Origin: Vermamoeba vermiformis
Taxonomy: Eukaryota
Reading direction: 5' to 3'
DNA length: 64,000 bases
NCBI GenBank assembly: GCA_045837725.1
Contig: JBEWZL010000038.1
Span: 1 to 64,000, forward strand
Position numbers and translations under genes: made by a program. This document shows, in pieces, positions 25,567 through 39,197 of this stretch. The notes below the pieces were generated by a model, which saw nothing but the letters and a program-made list of their open reading frames with translations, was not told the DNA's origin and did no database searches. Each line of letters opens with the position of its first letter. Position 1 is the stretch's first letter.

Positions 25567-28500
25567 TTATTGCGGGTTTTGTGCAGGCTGTAACACTTTT
25601 AACACGTGTGTATCCATTTTTGAATACAACACATTAAACGCCTGCGCATCCATTTGTTGCAAGCGTTGCAATTGTTGGATCAAGTACTGCCTGACTGTAA
25701 TGTGCGTGATAGGATCGTTCTTATATAACAAGCTGCCAGCTTCGTGCGTGCATCGACATTTCAGCGGCATCACTGACGTGCGACAACAAGTCTGGATCGT
25801 CATCTTCGACCTCTTCGGCTCCCTTTCGTCGAATAGTACCGCCCGGTATAATAGGCTCACCTGCATCTTCTTCGTCGGCTATGATTCCTGTAGCTGCTTG
25901 CACGACCAAGGCCATCATATCGGTCAATGAGGCCACGAGACCAGGTACTGTTAGCAGACTGCTCAGTGCAATTGCTGAGCACTTTCGTCGTCTGAAATCA
26001 GCCATTTGATCGATCTGACCAACAATATCAATACATTTCATCATGTTTCAGACCAATCAGGACTTACCTTATCGACCCAAATGTCCAACAAAGGAACCAA
26101 CAAGTTTTGTTTGCTATGGTTGTTTGGACTGTTTGACATGCGGCTGAAGAACGACAAGAAAAAGTTTTGATTGTGCAGCAATAATCGTGCAAATACGGTC
26201 AAGTAATTGGTCACCAAAATTTCGTTCTCCTGTTTGAAGCAAAAATTGAGCGGATCAAAGTTTTCAAATGGCCTTATCCAACGTACCTTTGCATCGAATA
26301 TCATCGATAATAGTCGTTGGAATATCATTTCGAAGTGTTGTGGCACGTCATTAGGGAACAACAAGATCAGTTCCTCGATTGGCTTTAGTAAAGCTATCAC
26401 ACCCTCTTGGACCAGATCTGTTGAAGCAAGACACTTCTCGAACATTGTAATAATATCTTTGAGATACACCTAAGAAAATAGTTACGTTAGAAATAAATTC
26501 TAAAAATAGTTGTAACTTCTTACTTGGACAAATTCGGTTTGGCCGAGCAAAATGTAGGCCTCCAGAATCTTCATGCAATGCTTCAAGTGGTAGTTGTTTC
26601 TGTTCATAATAGCTGTGTTGTTAGGGTACAACATTAGCAGCTCAGGTGTCATTTGTGTGGCCTCAGTAAGGACCGCGTGCCAAAGCAAAAGTCCGTCCTC
26701 GAGCAAATAAACTTCTTCGCTGCTGTTGATCGAAGTGCTGTAATGAATGACTGGCAATAACAAGCCCAAAAAGTCACGCACATCACCGACAGACTAACAA
26801 AAATTAGTACGGAAAACTTTGCAAGATTTTTCAGATCGGATCTTACCTTGACTAAGTACGTCAGTGACCGCAGAATTTCAATCTTAATCAAACTCCAATT
26901 GCTATTGTTGTGGTTATATGTAACAGGCGATGATTGTGCCTGTTTCCAAATCTGTGAAATATGCTCCAAAATTGTCTGCGTGTACGGTCGGATCTAGCAA
27001 CCAAGAATAAGCTTCATATTAAAGCCATTATTATGTAATAGCAAGGACTTACTCTAGCCTCCATCTGCTCTATTAAAGACTTGATAACGTTCAATACTTT
27101 CAATTTGCTATCGACCAAAGTTGAATCGCGTAGCAGCTGGAACAACGATGCAAAAATCGCATCTGAAACTGCAGCAAAAGTTTCGGCATTGAAACCAAAA
27201 TCATTTACAACTATATAGATACGTTAGAGTATGTCAAGAGTCGCAATAGCTTTCAAGAGTCTTACCGTGTTGAAGAGCTTCAGCGGCAGTAATTCTAACG
27301 ACAAGATCGGCGTTCTTGAGCAATTGATCCAAACAATTGTAAATCTGCCGAGAAGTTATTAGCATTGCATTTAAAATTACCTCGAGCATTTCATTAAATT
27401 ATATACTATATTTAATATTAATATTAAATTAAAATACTTACAGGAAGGCGAATTCCGTCATTGATTTTAGGAACCCATTGACCGAATAGCCATGCAATTC
27501 GTCGCTTAATAATTTGATGCCAATGGCTATATTATGCATAATATTAGTATATTAACAATCAAGAACAAAAAAAGATTTGCGATCTCGAGGATCGGGATCA
27601 ATGATTAAGTCGTTACAAGGACTTACATAGGATCGTCTACTTTCAGCTCTACTGCAAGTACACCAATGAACCACTGAGGGAAGTCAATATGATCCATCAA
27701 CTCCCATACTCCAAGACCAATCGCCGAGTAACACGCGTCTTTGTACAATAACTGATCCGCATTGGCCGTTGGCTTAATACCCTCTGTATGCCGTATTAAT
27801 ATTTATAACACCATAGAACATTGCTAACGTACCTTGTACAAATGCTAGCAAAGCAGGAACGCTTTGAGGGAACCGCCGGATCAGGACCATATACAAGTTT
27901 TGGGCGCAGGGCTGAAGATGAATTTAATACAGAAATATTCAATGTTATGTCTCTGCATAGAACTTACACGTCGCTTTTCAGTCCAGGCGTCCATTTTCTC
28001 TTCAATAAGGAATTCTTCAGGATTATTTTGCCATTCTTGGATATCAGCGGCAGATAATTTGAAATAATGTGAAACGAGCAATTGGAACAGCTCTTGAACT
28101 GTATTCGGATTGAAGAACGAAGCTACGATTTGTTCAGCCTATCGAAGATTAAAAAAATTAGGTAAGCTTTGTTTTCAAGGGTTTAATAACAAAGGCTCGT
28201 ATTAAAAAAAGGTATGTACGCGTTTTGGGCACCGAAGAGATCTTTTTAACGTGTAATCACGTTCGGTGTATTTTAAAACGCTGCGTTAATCTAGCACACC
28301 TCTTGAAACTGACGCAAATCACTCAACCCCGCTACCGAGGTAACGAAGAGAGCCTGTCATCAATTTTGATTGCGTGGGCATTATGATATTAAGGAAACAG
28401 TGGATCTAACTTGTTTCAAATTTTCAGATCCAAAACCGATCAGATCATATTATGGGATTGAAGTCTAAGTTATGATTTTCGTACCTGAAGGCCACCTTTG

Positions 28501-30069
28501 TATTCTCGACAATCAGCAACGTTCTTAATGAAAATAAGGCTCTTAACGATGAATTTTTCGGTGCCAGAGTTGTTCGGATCTTGATTTTCAGGAGCTTTGA
28601 CTTGGCTATAGAAATATTCTAAGCAAGCAGGAAGCATAGGTGTGAATATGACCGGGTTCGTCTTTTGACTGTCACCGAACATCTTGCAAATCGTGAACGT
28701 GTAACGTGCCAAATATGGTGTCAACACGTTCTGTGCCACGAAATTTCCTGCATTTAAAGAGAAGATTAGTATCAAGAAATAAGAATATAGCGATTGCTAA
28801 TATTATATAATGGTATTAATATGGCACTTACGTGCAGAAACGCAAATTTTTAGCCGCTCCAAAGCTGTTTGCAAAAACGCGATGATCGATTTGTTATTGC
28901 TCCAATCACCAAATCCATAAACAACCAATTGTTGCAAAATTTTTGTCGCTACTTTGGCTATTTCAGCTGTCGGCATTGCTTGCGAGAGTTGTGCAAATGC
29001 AATTGCATTCTTCGAGAATTCGGAGAGCATGTAAAGAACGTGATCTATTGACTGAACCCAGAGCTCAGAGATGATAGGGAATATAGCACTAGCTAGTTGT
29101 TGGAATTGTCTAGGCTCCTCGACTAAGCCACGAATTATCATCATTCGGCTGATCTCGTGGATCGAGAGCAAACTTCGATGTTTTGCGACATTAGATCCGT
29201 TTGCAATCAAGTTCATTAATGAGTTAATTAATTCTGGCCAATTATGTGGGAAGTCCTGTCGTGCAATCTTGCCGATAATAAGGGCCAATTGAAGCGCTAC
29301 TGCATCCGCTTCCTCTTCGAGTGACAATAAAAGTCGTCCTTTAATAGCCAATTTTTCTTCAGGCGTAATTGAGCTGCAAATATTATCAACTAATATTAAT
29401 TTGAAAATAAAAGAAGATTTTAGTACGGCAGGTAGGTACCACACGTCATAAATTAAAAGCAAAAATAGACGTGATCTGGCTTTGAAAAATTATAATTTGC
29501 TTCAATATTAATACTTTTGAATTCCTTATAAAGATAAGAGTGCTTACATTCCGCTACGGCCGTGCCAGTAATTGAATACAGCATTTTTAACACAAACTGC
29601 AGCCAAAGTACGCATATCTACTGGTGCTTGCTTATTTGCAATCATTTCCTAATATGAAATATTAATTGTGAGGAAAGGTCCTTTCGCAGAGCTTTAATAG
29701 ATGCCCGCGTAAAAAGTAGGATCTGACAATTCATAATTTTAAAAAATCTTCTAAAAATTCATCAACACGTTTGTATTTATTTTTATCCCGAAATTATAAT
29801 TATTTTGTCACGGGCAAAGAATAAGATCCAATTTTTAGATCAAACGTGAAAATAATCAAAAAAATTTCGGCTAAGTTAAACATGCTTACCAGTAATAGAG
29901 AACAAAATCCGGGTCTTTTTTCTAACTCTGTGAGTTGGTCTGTAGCTTGTTTTCGTATCAGCTGATCTGCTGCCAGAGTTTGAGGCAAGATCCCATACAA
30001 GAGTTCCAGATGACTCCCGCTTAGGGGCTCTAATACTATAGGTGCTTGTGGTTGATTTCGAAGTGACAT
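25567..30069 (-). CDS. IPO11: Importin-11 (Kap120) homolog; +1 frame break in last exon
   Basis: IBN_N-like start, ARQDFPHNWPEL, LLYKDACYSAIG, IIKRRIAWLFGQW, YLLEDGLLLW and C-terminal KNDPITH, all characteristic of importin-11. Confidence 0.9.
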
Positions 30070-30404
30070 TATTTAATAAATATAGGGTAAGTCATTGGTT
30101 TGTTGCACCTGATCGAAAGAAATAGAATGAAATATTTTCGAACTTCATGAAGTTCGAACAGGAGACCACGAACAGCACGTGCGAACTTCAAATTTGACAA
30201 AACATCGTGTATTAATTATTAACATTACTACATGTAGAGATTATTTGGGTGACACGACTGTGCGAGTTCTTTGTCGAATCTAGCCGTTTGTTTGATCAAT
30301 ACTCGCTGGCAACTTTATTTTGTTTTAACACGACATACTGCTAACACAATAGTGGTATATTCTTAAATCGTACTACAACCAATATAATCGCAAATAGACG
30401 TAAA

Positions 30405-30872
30405 ATGGCCACGGAAATAATCGATCTGACCAAAAAAATGCTGGAAGTCATCTCAGCGGGTGATTGGCAAGCGTATGCCGATATGTGCGATCCAGAATTA
30501 ACTGCCATCGAGCCAGAGTCCGTAGGTAAGGCAAAAGCAGCTGGAGTGAATTTTAATCCGATTTTTCTGGTTTGTCGATCTCAAATATCTTACAACCTTA
30601 TTTTAGGTCAAGTCGTTAAAGGTCTCGAGTTTCATAGATTTTTCTTCGATTTTCCCAAGCCTAGCACACCAGTTCGCTTTGAAGTTACGATGTCGGATGT
30701 AAATGTGAAGGTAACAGGCCATGTTGCCGTGATTAGCTACATTCGTCTCGTGCAAAAGCACGACGGACAGGCCTATAAATTAACTAAAGCCTCGGAAACT
30801 CGAGTTTGGGAGAAGATGAACGGCAATTGGAAGATGATTCATTTCCACCGATCAGATGTGCAGCGTGTGTGA
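30405..30872 (+). CDS. Stand-alone CaMKII association (hub) domain protein, one intron (about 30526-30606)
   Basis: EIIDLTKKMLEVISAGDWQAYADMCDPELTAIEPESVG|QVVKGLEFHRFFFD...AVISYIRLVQ...SETRVWEKMNGNWKMIHFHRS; no kinase domain. Confidence 0.9.
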   Translation: MATEIIDLTKKMLEVISAGDWQAYADMCDPELTAIEPESVGKAKAAGVNFNPIFLVCRSQISYNLILGQVVKGLEFHRFFFDFPKPSTPVRFEVTMSDVNVKVTGHVAVISYIRLVQKHDGQAYKLTKASETRVWEKMNGNWKMIHFHRSDVQRV

Positions 30873-31766
30873 GCTTGCTTAATCAACAGAACACCGCTAT
30901 CATCGTGCATTGTATAGACCCCATGGGTGTCGCTATCAAGAAGCCAAAGCCGTGTACATAGGAAATAGTAAGTGTCTGTTTTTGTTTGGATTTTACTACG
31001 CGGCAACCAACGTGCATCTGACTCGGGCTTACAGAACGAGATTGAACGAAGCTCTGATATCCTTGGGTGAAACTACTCTTTTTTTGCAACGAGTCGTGAA
31101 TTGGCGGGGTCACGCAACCTATTACGTGGCGTATTGCGATCGCGTTCGTTGGTCGAGAGCTGAGTGCCTGAACAGATCCCTCGGATCGAAGTCCAATGTG
31201 GTTGGACTAGCGAGTACTCGCGATAGTTGCAAGTTATATTCAGAATGGTCCCATCAGACTGCCTGTCCAGTGCCAGGGGTGCAACGCGCGCATTTTCGTG
31301 GTGATTGCCTGGCGCATCATTTGAAGTTCTGTTGGGCGAGTATAATAACACGTAAGTAGTCAAATTTGATGGACTTCTATTTGAATTATTATTTCCCACG
31401 GCACTGCTCTTGCTTTTTAAAGCACAAGATCAACGATTTCCTTTTTAGCATCCGGTTATTTTGATTCAACTAATTCAGCTAATTCTTTTGACATCGCAAA
31501 ATCTATTTTCAAAATTGATACTTATAATCAATAATGCTGGTGCAAGCTGATAGCTCAAATTTTGCTTGCCCAAACGTTGCAATCTGGATTGGTTATTCGA
31601 TATCTTTTAGCCATCAGGCTGGCAAGTAATTGCTTCGAAAATAATAAAATTAGTGCCTTTCTTTTGAATTTTTATACACGATCCTATTCAGTAGTATTGA
31701 TTATTTTTTTATTCAGCTGTCACACAGATGTCGGTTCTTCGATCGACGTTAGTGCCACGAGACTCC

Positions 31767-34700
31767 ATGCGCGTCCTCTTCGTCATCATATTATTGATTG
31801 GACTTGCTGCGTGTGAGCTGGGTCACAAGACAATTGAATTGCCCCGCTGGAGATCTTCATTTTCAATGGTCCAATACGACAACAAGATCTACATGCCTGG
31901 AGGCTTCCTTTCGCCTAGTGCCCCGACCAACACTATAGAAATACTGAATATAGACTACTTTGGAGTGGGAGGAGCCCTTGTTAATGCCAGAAGAACGCGC
32001 AGTGGTCACTCCGATCTTGGTTGGATCTCGCTTGGTTCTAGCTGGCGGGTTGAAAGACGGAACCCGATTTCAACACTGGAATCCTTACAACAAGACGATG
32101 GTAGAGTTTGGCCGCTTGCCTTCTGTTCGGAGTTATGGAGAAGGCAGCTTTCATTTTAAAACCAAGTCCATCTTCATTGACAACGCTGGCTTTATTGACA
32201 TATTTGACCACTCAACGCTGAGCTGGGACAATACTCAAGAATTATTGGAATTAACCCAAACAGTCGGTGTTCAAGTTGTTAAAGTTGTGGTTGACGAGAT
32301 TTGGATCGTTCGTGCAAGAAGTGCTTGGTTGGATCCATTACAATATGTCTGGAGCTATAATATAACATCAAAGAGCCTTTTCAACTACTCAGCACCGGTT
32401 TTCCCACTAAACGACGAGATAAGAATAACCCGATGCGGAAACGGATTCGTCCTCTTTTGGACAAGCCGCGACGTACTGGGCACCCTCAATCCAGCAACAG
32501 CAGATTGGAATAACATAACTCTAGAAATTGGCTCGATTTCAGCAGTCAATTCCATTGGAAGCCTCGTACTGATCGACAACGGATTGGAACTGCAGATTCA
32601 CTCCTTCGAAAATCCGAGTCTTAATGGAGTCCAGACCCTATTCGACGATCAGACAGCCTACAGAGCTTCTTTCACTATCCAAGACAAGGTTGTTTACGTC
32701 ATGCCATCTGGCGAGTGGATCATCTTCAATTCTACATTGACGAAGACTGTTCAATCACCTGGACCACTAGGAACGGTTATATCTAGTTTTAAGTGGAAAG
32801 AAGACTTGCAGCTGCTAGCAGATCTTTCTAACTTGATCACTTACTCTTCGACTACCGACTCGATCAACATTGTTTCGACATCTGGCCTTGGATCTGGTAA
32901 CATCCGCGGAGTATTCAAGCACAATGACGATATCGCAGTTGTCAAGAGCGACGCTATTTTATTCTACAATCAACAACTGGATCTCATTGACAACGTTCGA
33001 CGAGCACCAACATCCGCTGTTCCTATTGGTATCGTTGGGGACGACTTGTTTTACATCAGCGGTTGTTCCGTGCTACTGAACTTTACTCAAGAGATCACGT
33101 GCGATTTTTCAGGTGGAGCTTATTCCGTGGCAGAAAATGGCGTCGCGTTTGGTTTCAAAGGAAATCCTATTCCAAAAACGGATCTCAACATTTACGACTT
33201 TGACACGAAGAATTGGAGCTTAGTTATTCCACAATCTCCTTTCGAGGCAATTTACATCATTTTTCTATGCATATGGAGTTCCGAACAATCATACAATCTG
33301 GTTCCACTCAAGAACTTTCGCCAATCAACTGCGCTCGTACAATCTCCTAAATGAGAGTTGGTCTACTATTGAATTGATCGAAAACGTTGTTCTAGGCGAT
33401 GCAAGAGGTGCAGAGTTTCCAGTGATAGACGGACTCATGTACTTGCCTGTTCTCAACATTTCATTTTTGACGAGTCAACGTCAGTTCAATGGAGCAGCAA
33501 ATAACTCCCTCCAAAGACCAGGCGTTAAGAGGAACGAGAATTCGACAAATAATATCAAATCATCGAGATATTATAGCGCTGACAGTAAACACGGCGTTGT
33601 CGGTCGAATGCTATAACGTTACTTCTCAAACATGGTTCAGCTACGAGGTCTCAGAACACAGTCAACACGCACTGGCATTCCGCGATAACACATTATTACT
33701 ACGCGGCAATAGTGTCTATGGCGAAGATAACACAATGGTGACCATGGACTTGCTTGACACGCAGCAAAGAATAACGTCGTTGAGCGGCTTCATTAAGGCC
33801 TTTGATATGGCTTCTATTTCAACAACAAATTTCACACTTTTCGCGGGTGGAATTACGCCGTCTTCACGAAGCATAAGAACCGTAGACATATTTTATATCG
33901 TCCCACCAGAGACCCCGCAAGTGACGCCCGAGCCAGTGCCAGATCCACCTTCAAGCGGTGTACCGGTTGCAGCAATTGTAGCGCCTATTGTTTGCGGCGT
34001 AGCATTAATCGCTGGAGGTCTACTTGCGTTCTTTTTGATACGAAGAAAGAAGAAGCAAAGAAGGGAAGAAGAAGAATTGACTCCCGTAACAACGATCGGT
34101 CTCGCGAGCTTGAACGGAAGTAGTTTTTTCACGCCGTACACAGAAATCAAGTTTGGCGAGATTATTGGCAGTGGCGCGAGTGGGCAAGTGTTCGTAGGAA
34201 AATGGAAAAACACTAAAGTGGCGCTGAAGATGAGTATGACTCAAGCTACGGAGACGTTAATAGGAGAAATCAGATTGATGATAGAACTAAGACCACATCC
34301 TAATATCGTGCAAATTCTTGGCTACACAGTACATCCTGAGACTAGCAACATCATTCTGATCCTCGAGTACTGCGACGGTGGATCTCTCGACGCGTTGCTT
34401 TTCGATAAGCATACATCGCCTCCTATGTCTCAAAAGATCGAGTGGATCAAGGCTGTTTGCAACGGCGTCCTTCATTTGCACTCTAATAACATCGTGCACC
34501 GAGATCTTGCTGCCAGAAATATTTTACTGAGCCACAATGAGGCGAAGATTACGGACTTTGGAATGTCACGATTAGTTGGATCAGAAAATAGCAAAGGAAC
34601 GACGACTTCAGAGCTAGGACCTATTCGTTGGATGGCACCGGAGGCAATCCGATCTAAAGAATACTCAACCAAGTCAGGTACGGATTCGTTCTGAAAAATC

Positions 34701-34980
34701 TTATGAATGTTCGTAGATGAGTATTAATAGTCATTTAATAGATGTTTGGAGCCTTGGTATACTAATCTACGAAATTTTAACGGAGATTGAGCCGCATACG
34801 TCTCTTGATCCGATCGAAGCTGGACGCCAAATTAGAGATGTCGGATTAGCTCCTAGCTTGCCTAATGGACTAAACGTACCACAGACTTTAGTTGACATCA
34901 TGAAGAGCAGTTGGGCGTTTGATCCAGACAAAAGATCTAGCGTTGAAGAGATCTGCGAGAAGTTAAACAATGTACAATAA
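31767..34980 (+). CDS. Receptor tyrosine kinase-like protein with Kelch/beta-propeller-like ectodomain; three +1 frame breaks
   Basis: Signal peptide MRVLFVIILLIGLAA; Kelch-like KIYMPGG, LVLAGG, TLFAGG; TM VPVAAIVAPIVCGVALIAGGLLAFFLIRRKKK; kinase GSGASG, HRDLAARN, DFG, GPIRWMAPE; one intron at about 34678-34740. Confidence 0.85.
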
Positions 34981-35216
34981 TCTAAATATTTATTCTAATG
35001 ATATCATTATATTATACCCATATTATATGCTGTATATCCTGTTACTTTACGAAACTTGCCTGGCAATTTGGGAATGACAATGAATCCTCTTAATCCTGAT
35101 GGCACGTGCCTTGTTTGTGCTCTTAGAATATGAACGTAAATTCGAAATCATTTTTATTATTGAGATTTACAGCCACAACCAACCACATAGAGTGTGACTC
35201 TTCCTTTTCTTTGAAG

Positions 35217-38200
35217 ATGCGCACAGTGGTATTGTTTGTATTGAGCATAGTATTGGTATTTAATGCTCTGATAACAAGCGCCGAAAAAACAAACAAAATT
35301 GTGGTCAAACTAAAGCCAGAAGTATCAGTGGAAGAAGTGTCAGAAACACATCCATTCGTAAAATTTGAAAGAGCATCAACACTTCCCAGAGTGTTTGTAT
35401 TTTCTGTTCAAAATATCGATGATGTTGATGAGGTAATTTATTTTTAATTTAAATGATGATTTAACTACGAGAACAGATTCGCATCTCTCCATTATTAGAA
35501 TTAATCCGTTTGATCTGATAATATTTTAGGAAGCAGAGCAATTTGCATCTGATGAGCGGGTAATTTGGGCTCATATTGATGAGATACACGAAGAGGAAGC
35601 GGATGTGATGCCCACTGATTCCTCGTTGATAAGCGGCGAACAATGGTGAGTATTCCAAGTTAATAGCTTATAAATTGCATGTAACAGTAGTTTAGAATGT
35701 CATTTGGAATGATCCAGTTCACATCTGTTTTCAACGGATGTGGGACAGTGTTGTCGATCCAATAACCTTTTGCAGTTCAAAATTAATCTAATTTTGCTTC
35801 AAAATAGGTTTCACGGTCATATCAATAGTTCTTACGCTTGGTCAAAAGGATTGTCAGGTCAAGGCCAAATCGTCCAAGTAATTTTCTGCGATTCACAATT
35901 GTCTCAGTGGATATTAACGTGTGTGTAGGTTATAGATTCACCAGTATTTCCTAATGATCTTGATTTACGCAATCAACTCGACCACGCAAGATCTTTCGAA
36001 GGAAATGTCACCGATCCACCTGCACGATCCATCCCGCATGGAACAATTTGCTCGAATATCATTGTTGCAGAGGTATGTAGAAGCAATATAATGGGATAAC
36101 TATGTCTTATTGTGATTTTTTTTTGTGCAGGCTAATGATTTTTGTGGTGTTGGCGTCGCGTTCTCAGCTCGTGTGGCTGCATTTCCGTTCATTTCCCACC
36201 GCACAAGAAGGTTTTCCGATTTAGACTTTGCTGAGGCTTATGCTTTAGGATTTCCGGTAAGAATTTGTCGTGTTTGTTAGGTGCACGCAAATTTTTGACA
36301 CTTTGACAGGTGTCATCGAATTCGTATGGTCGGGCGCAATGTAACATGTGGGGTTGTAATATCGACGCAGCGGGAGTTCTTCCTGTTATTCGTGACGCAC
36401 TTGAACTTGCTCAAAATCGAAACAACACCGTTTTCGTGTTTACTGCTGGCAACGAAGGACTTAACCAAGGAAGTCCAAACTTTCGAACTTTTGGCAGCAC
36501 ACCGCGTGCGATTATAGTTGGTGCAACACGATACAACGGAACACGAGCTGGTTACTCTAACGTTGGTGCTGCAGTTTGGATCGTTGGACCTGCTGGTGAC
36601 CACGGTGAGGCTCAAACGTGGACCTCTTCTGTCACGAACGACGAACAACAATGCGGTGAAGTTGGTGTTGGCACTTCATACGCAGCACCAATGGTCTCAG
36701 GCACTGCTGCTATCTTACGATCTGTACGTCAAATATCAGCATTTGACTAATTGCTGTAGTTTTAATCATTTGAACTTGATAGGCGTACCCATCGCTGACA
36801 TGGAGAGATGTCAAACTGATTCTCGCGTATTCTACTGACAGAACTGACATCGAACATGAGAGTTGGATCAAGAACGGAGCAGGAAGATGGTTCAGCAATC
36901 ATTATGGCTTTGGTCAACTGAATGTCGGCAAAGCAGTCGAGCTTGGAGCAACATGGAAGTCACTTGGACCTCTTCAGATCCGCACTTTCCATTCGAACAT
37001 CGACACACCTATTCCTATTACCACAAATGACACTGTCATCACATCTTCAATCTCAGTACCTCATGGTATCGTCGCAAGAGTCGAAAGCGTGCAGTTGACT
37101 TTGCACATGGATGTCATGCGACGAGGAGAGGTTCAAATTGAATTGATTTCGCCAGCAGGCACACCTTGTGTGATTTTCCCATTCAGAAATGACCGAAACA
37201 GACACTACCGAGACTACGTTACCTCCGCAAATTGCTTTCTCGACGAAGTCCCTGCGTAGGTTTTCATTTAATTCTATTTATTCTTTTCTAATTATTCTTG
37301 CATCAGCGGTCAGTGGACTTTAAGAGCAGAAAGACAAAACAATTCGGTAATGCTCGACCCATTCTTGACTAGCTTCTCAGTGACACTGTGGGGAGAGACA
37401 GCACCGTCGGAAGTACGATTGGTTGACTCGTCAACAGCGCAGAGACTGTCCAGCTTCACGATCACAGAGGGCGATAACTTCGATCAATTAGTGCTATTCC
37501 ACAACTTCCCAGCAACGATTGGTCTCTTCTGGAAAGGTACGAATTGACACCAACAAAATGATAGTCCGAAACTAAAGCCTTGAAAACAAACAGATACATT
37601 CGGTCTGTATGGCGAGCTGTTCACCACAGAGGGCAAGCAAACAACAGGCACTCAGAGACTCAATCCATCGAACTCTGATCATCCAACAGTCTCTGTGTTC
37701 TATGGAGGTGATCACGTGTTCACCTATTTGACGACCATCAACGGATCACTAGTGTACGTACATGTCATTACAATGATTGACACGTACTAATATGATTATG
37801 TAGGATGCAGGCAGAAGTGCGAAACATCGACTTCATTCCGTTGACACCTCTGACGGTTCTTCCATTAGACGATATTAATCCTGAATATTTGAGCGTTGTA
37901 GCAATTGAAAACAGCTTCGTTGTGAGCTACAGATCATCAGCGAATTCATTTACAAAACTTGCTCTCCTGAACGTTGACTTTGGATCACGTGACACAACTC
38001 CTCTTTGCATTCCCGCTGGCAACCTGACGACTGACGCGGATGGTGACTTCCTCGACGTGGATAATAACTGCACGGAGATAATTTACCGAAGAGATGGTGA
38101 GATATCATTCTCAAAACAGGTGGAAATCAGAACGCAATCACAAGTTAGACTTCAATCGATTGGCATGAACTTGGTTGTCGGCTCGTGGACTGATGGTCAG

Positions 38201-38962
38201 AATCTGTATGGTGCTCTTGTTAAAGCTGATCTTGACATCGTTGCTACACGCCTTCAGGGGCCATTGACGAGTGTAGTGCGAGCAGCGGCAACGCCAGAAG
38301 ATATCTTCGTTGCGTTTGGGCACTCGCAAGGTGTTCTGATTGAACGATACGACATGAACACAATATTGCACGAGTCATTTGTTGTACCAACAAGCGATCC
38401 CATTGTGTCAATCGATCTTGCATACACTCATGTTGAAGGACTATCGTTGGTCATTGCGACAACGAAGAACATCTCAGTCACCACATTCTTGCGCAATCAC
38501 GACAGAACATTTGTGCAAACGAATCAACCCACCATCGCAACAATGCTCTCATTAAACGTTCCAGTGCTTGATATTGACCAATCAGTGATGCCGAATGGAG
38601 ACCTTGTCGTGACATTCTCAACGATCCAAGAGATTCATGTTCAAGTGTTCGATTCGTTGATCTTTGGTATCGCTCCTTTGCCACCAGTAGAACCTATAGT
38701 AGTGCCTGTAGAAGTGATCTTACCTCCACAGATCACTCAAGCACCCAACAGTGACCTCACTGCACCGGAAGTGGCGTCCGAAACACCACTCGAAGACCAG
38801 CTTCCTTCATGGGCGATTGCGTTGATCGTCATCGGTAGTCTCCTTGCATTGTTCTTTGCTGTTATGTTCATTGTTGCTTACCAAAAGAAGCGAAAGAACC
38901 AACGACGAACGATCGTTCAACACGATCCAGATCTCATCGCCTACACCAAAATGAGTGTCTAA
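35217..38962 (+). CDS. Kexin/furin-like S8 serine protease with P-domain, long ectodomain and TM (copy 1)
   Basis: Signal peptide, propeptide, triad VIDSP / HGTICS / GTSYAAP, oxyanion AGNE, LTWRDVK, FSNHYGFG, P-domain VESVQL...ELISPAGT, TM LPSWAIALIVIGSLLALFFAVMFIVAY. Confidence 0.92.
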
Positions 38963-39197
38963 TTATTTCCTAATGTAAGACACTACCTTCATAAAAGTCA
39001 TTGTAAATACAAAAATGGACAACAAATTCTGTTTCCTGCGCAAAATAAATAGTTTATTTTTAAAAGGGACCAAACGAATCACAACAATTGTTTACGCTTC
39101 ACATTAAAACGATAAGACAGCGTCTGAAAATGCATCCTTGGTAAGTTAATTATTATTCAGCCCGCAACAGACCAGAAGAGCTCGGCGCGTGGTCAAG

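Noticed and set aside
30910-31359. 149-aa plus-strand ORF
   Set aside because: Non-ATG start, no recognisable motif and atypical composition, so it was not called as a gene.
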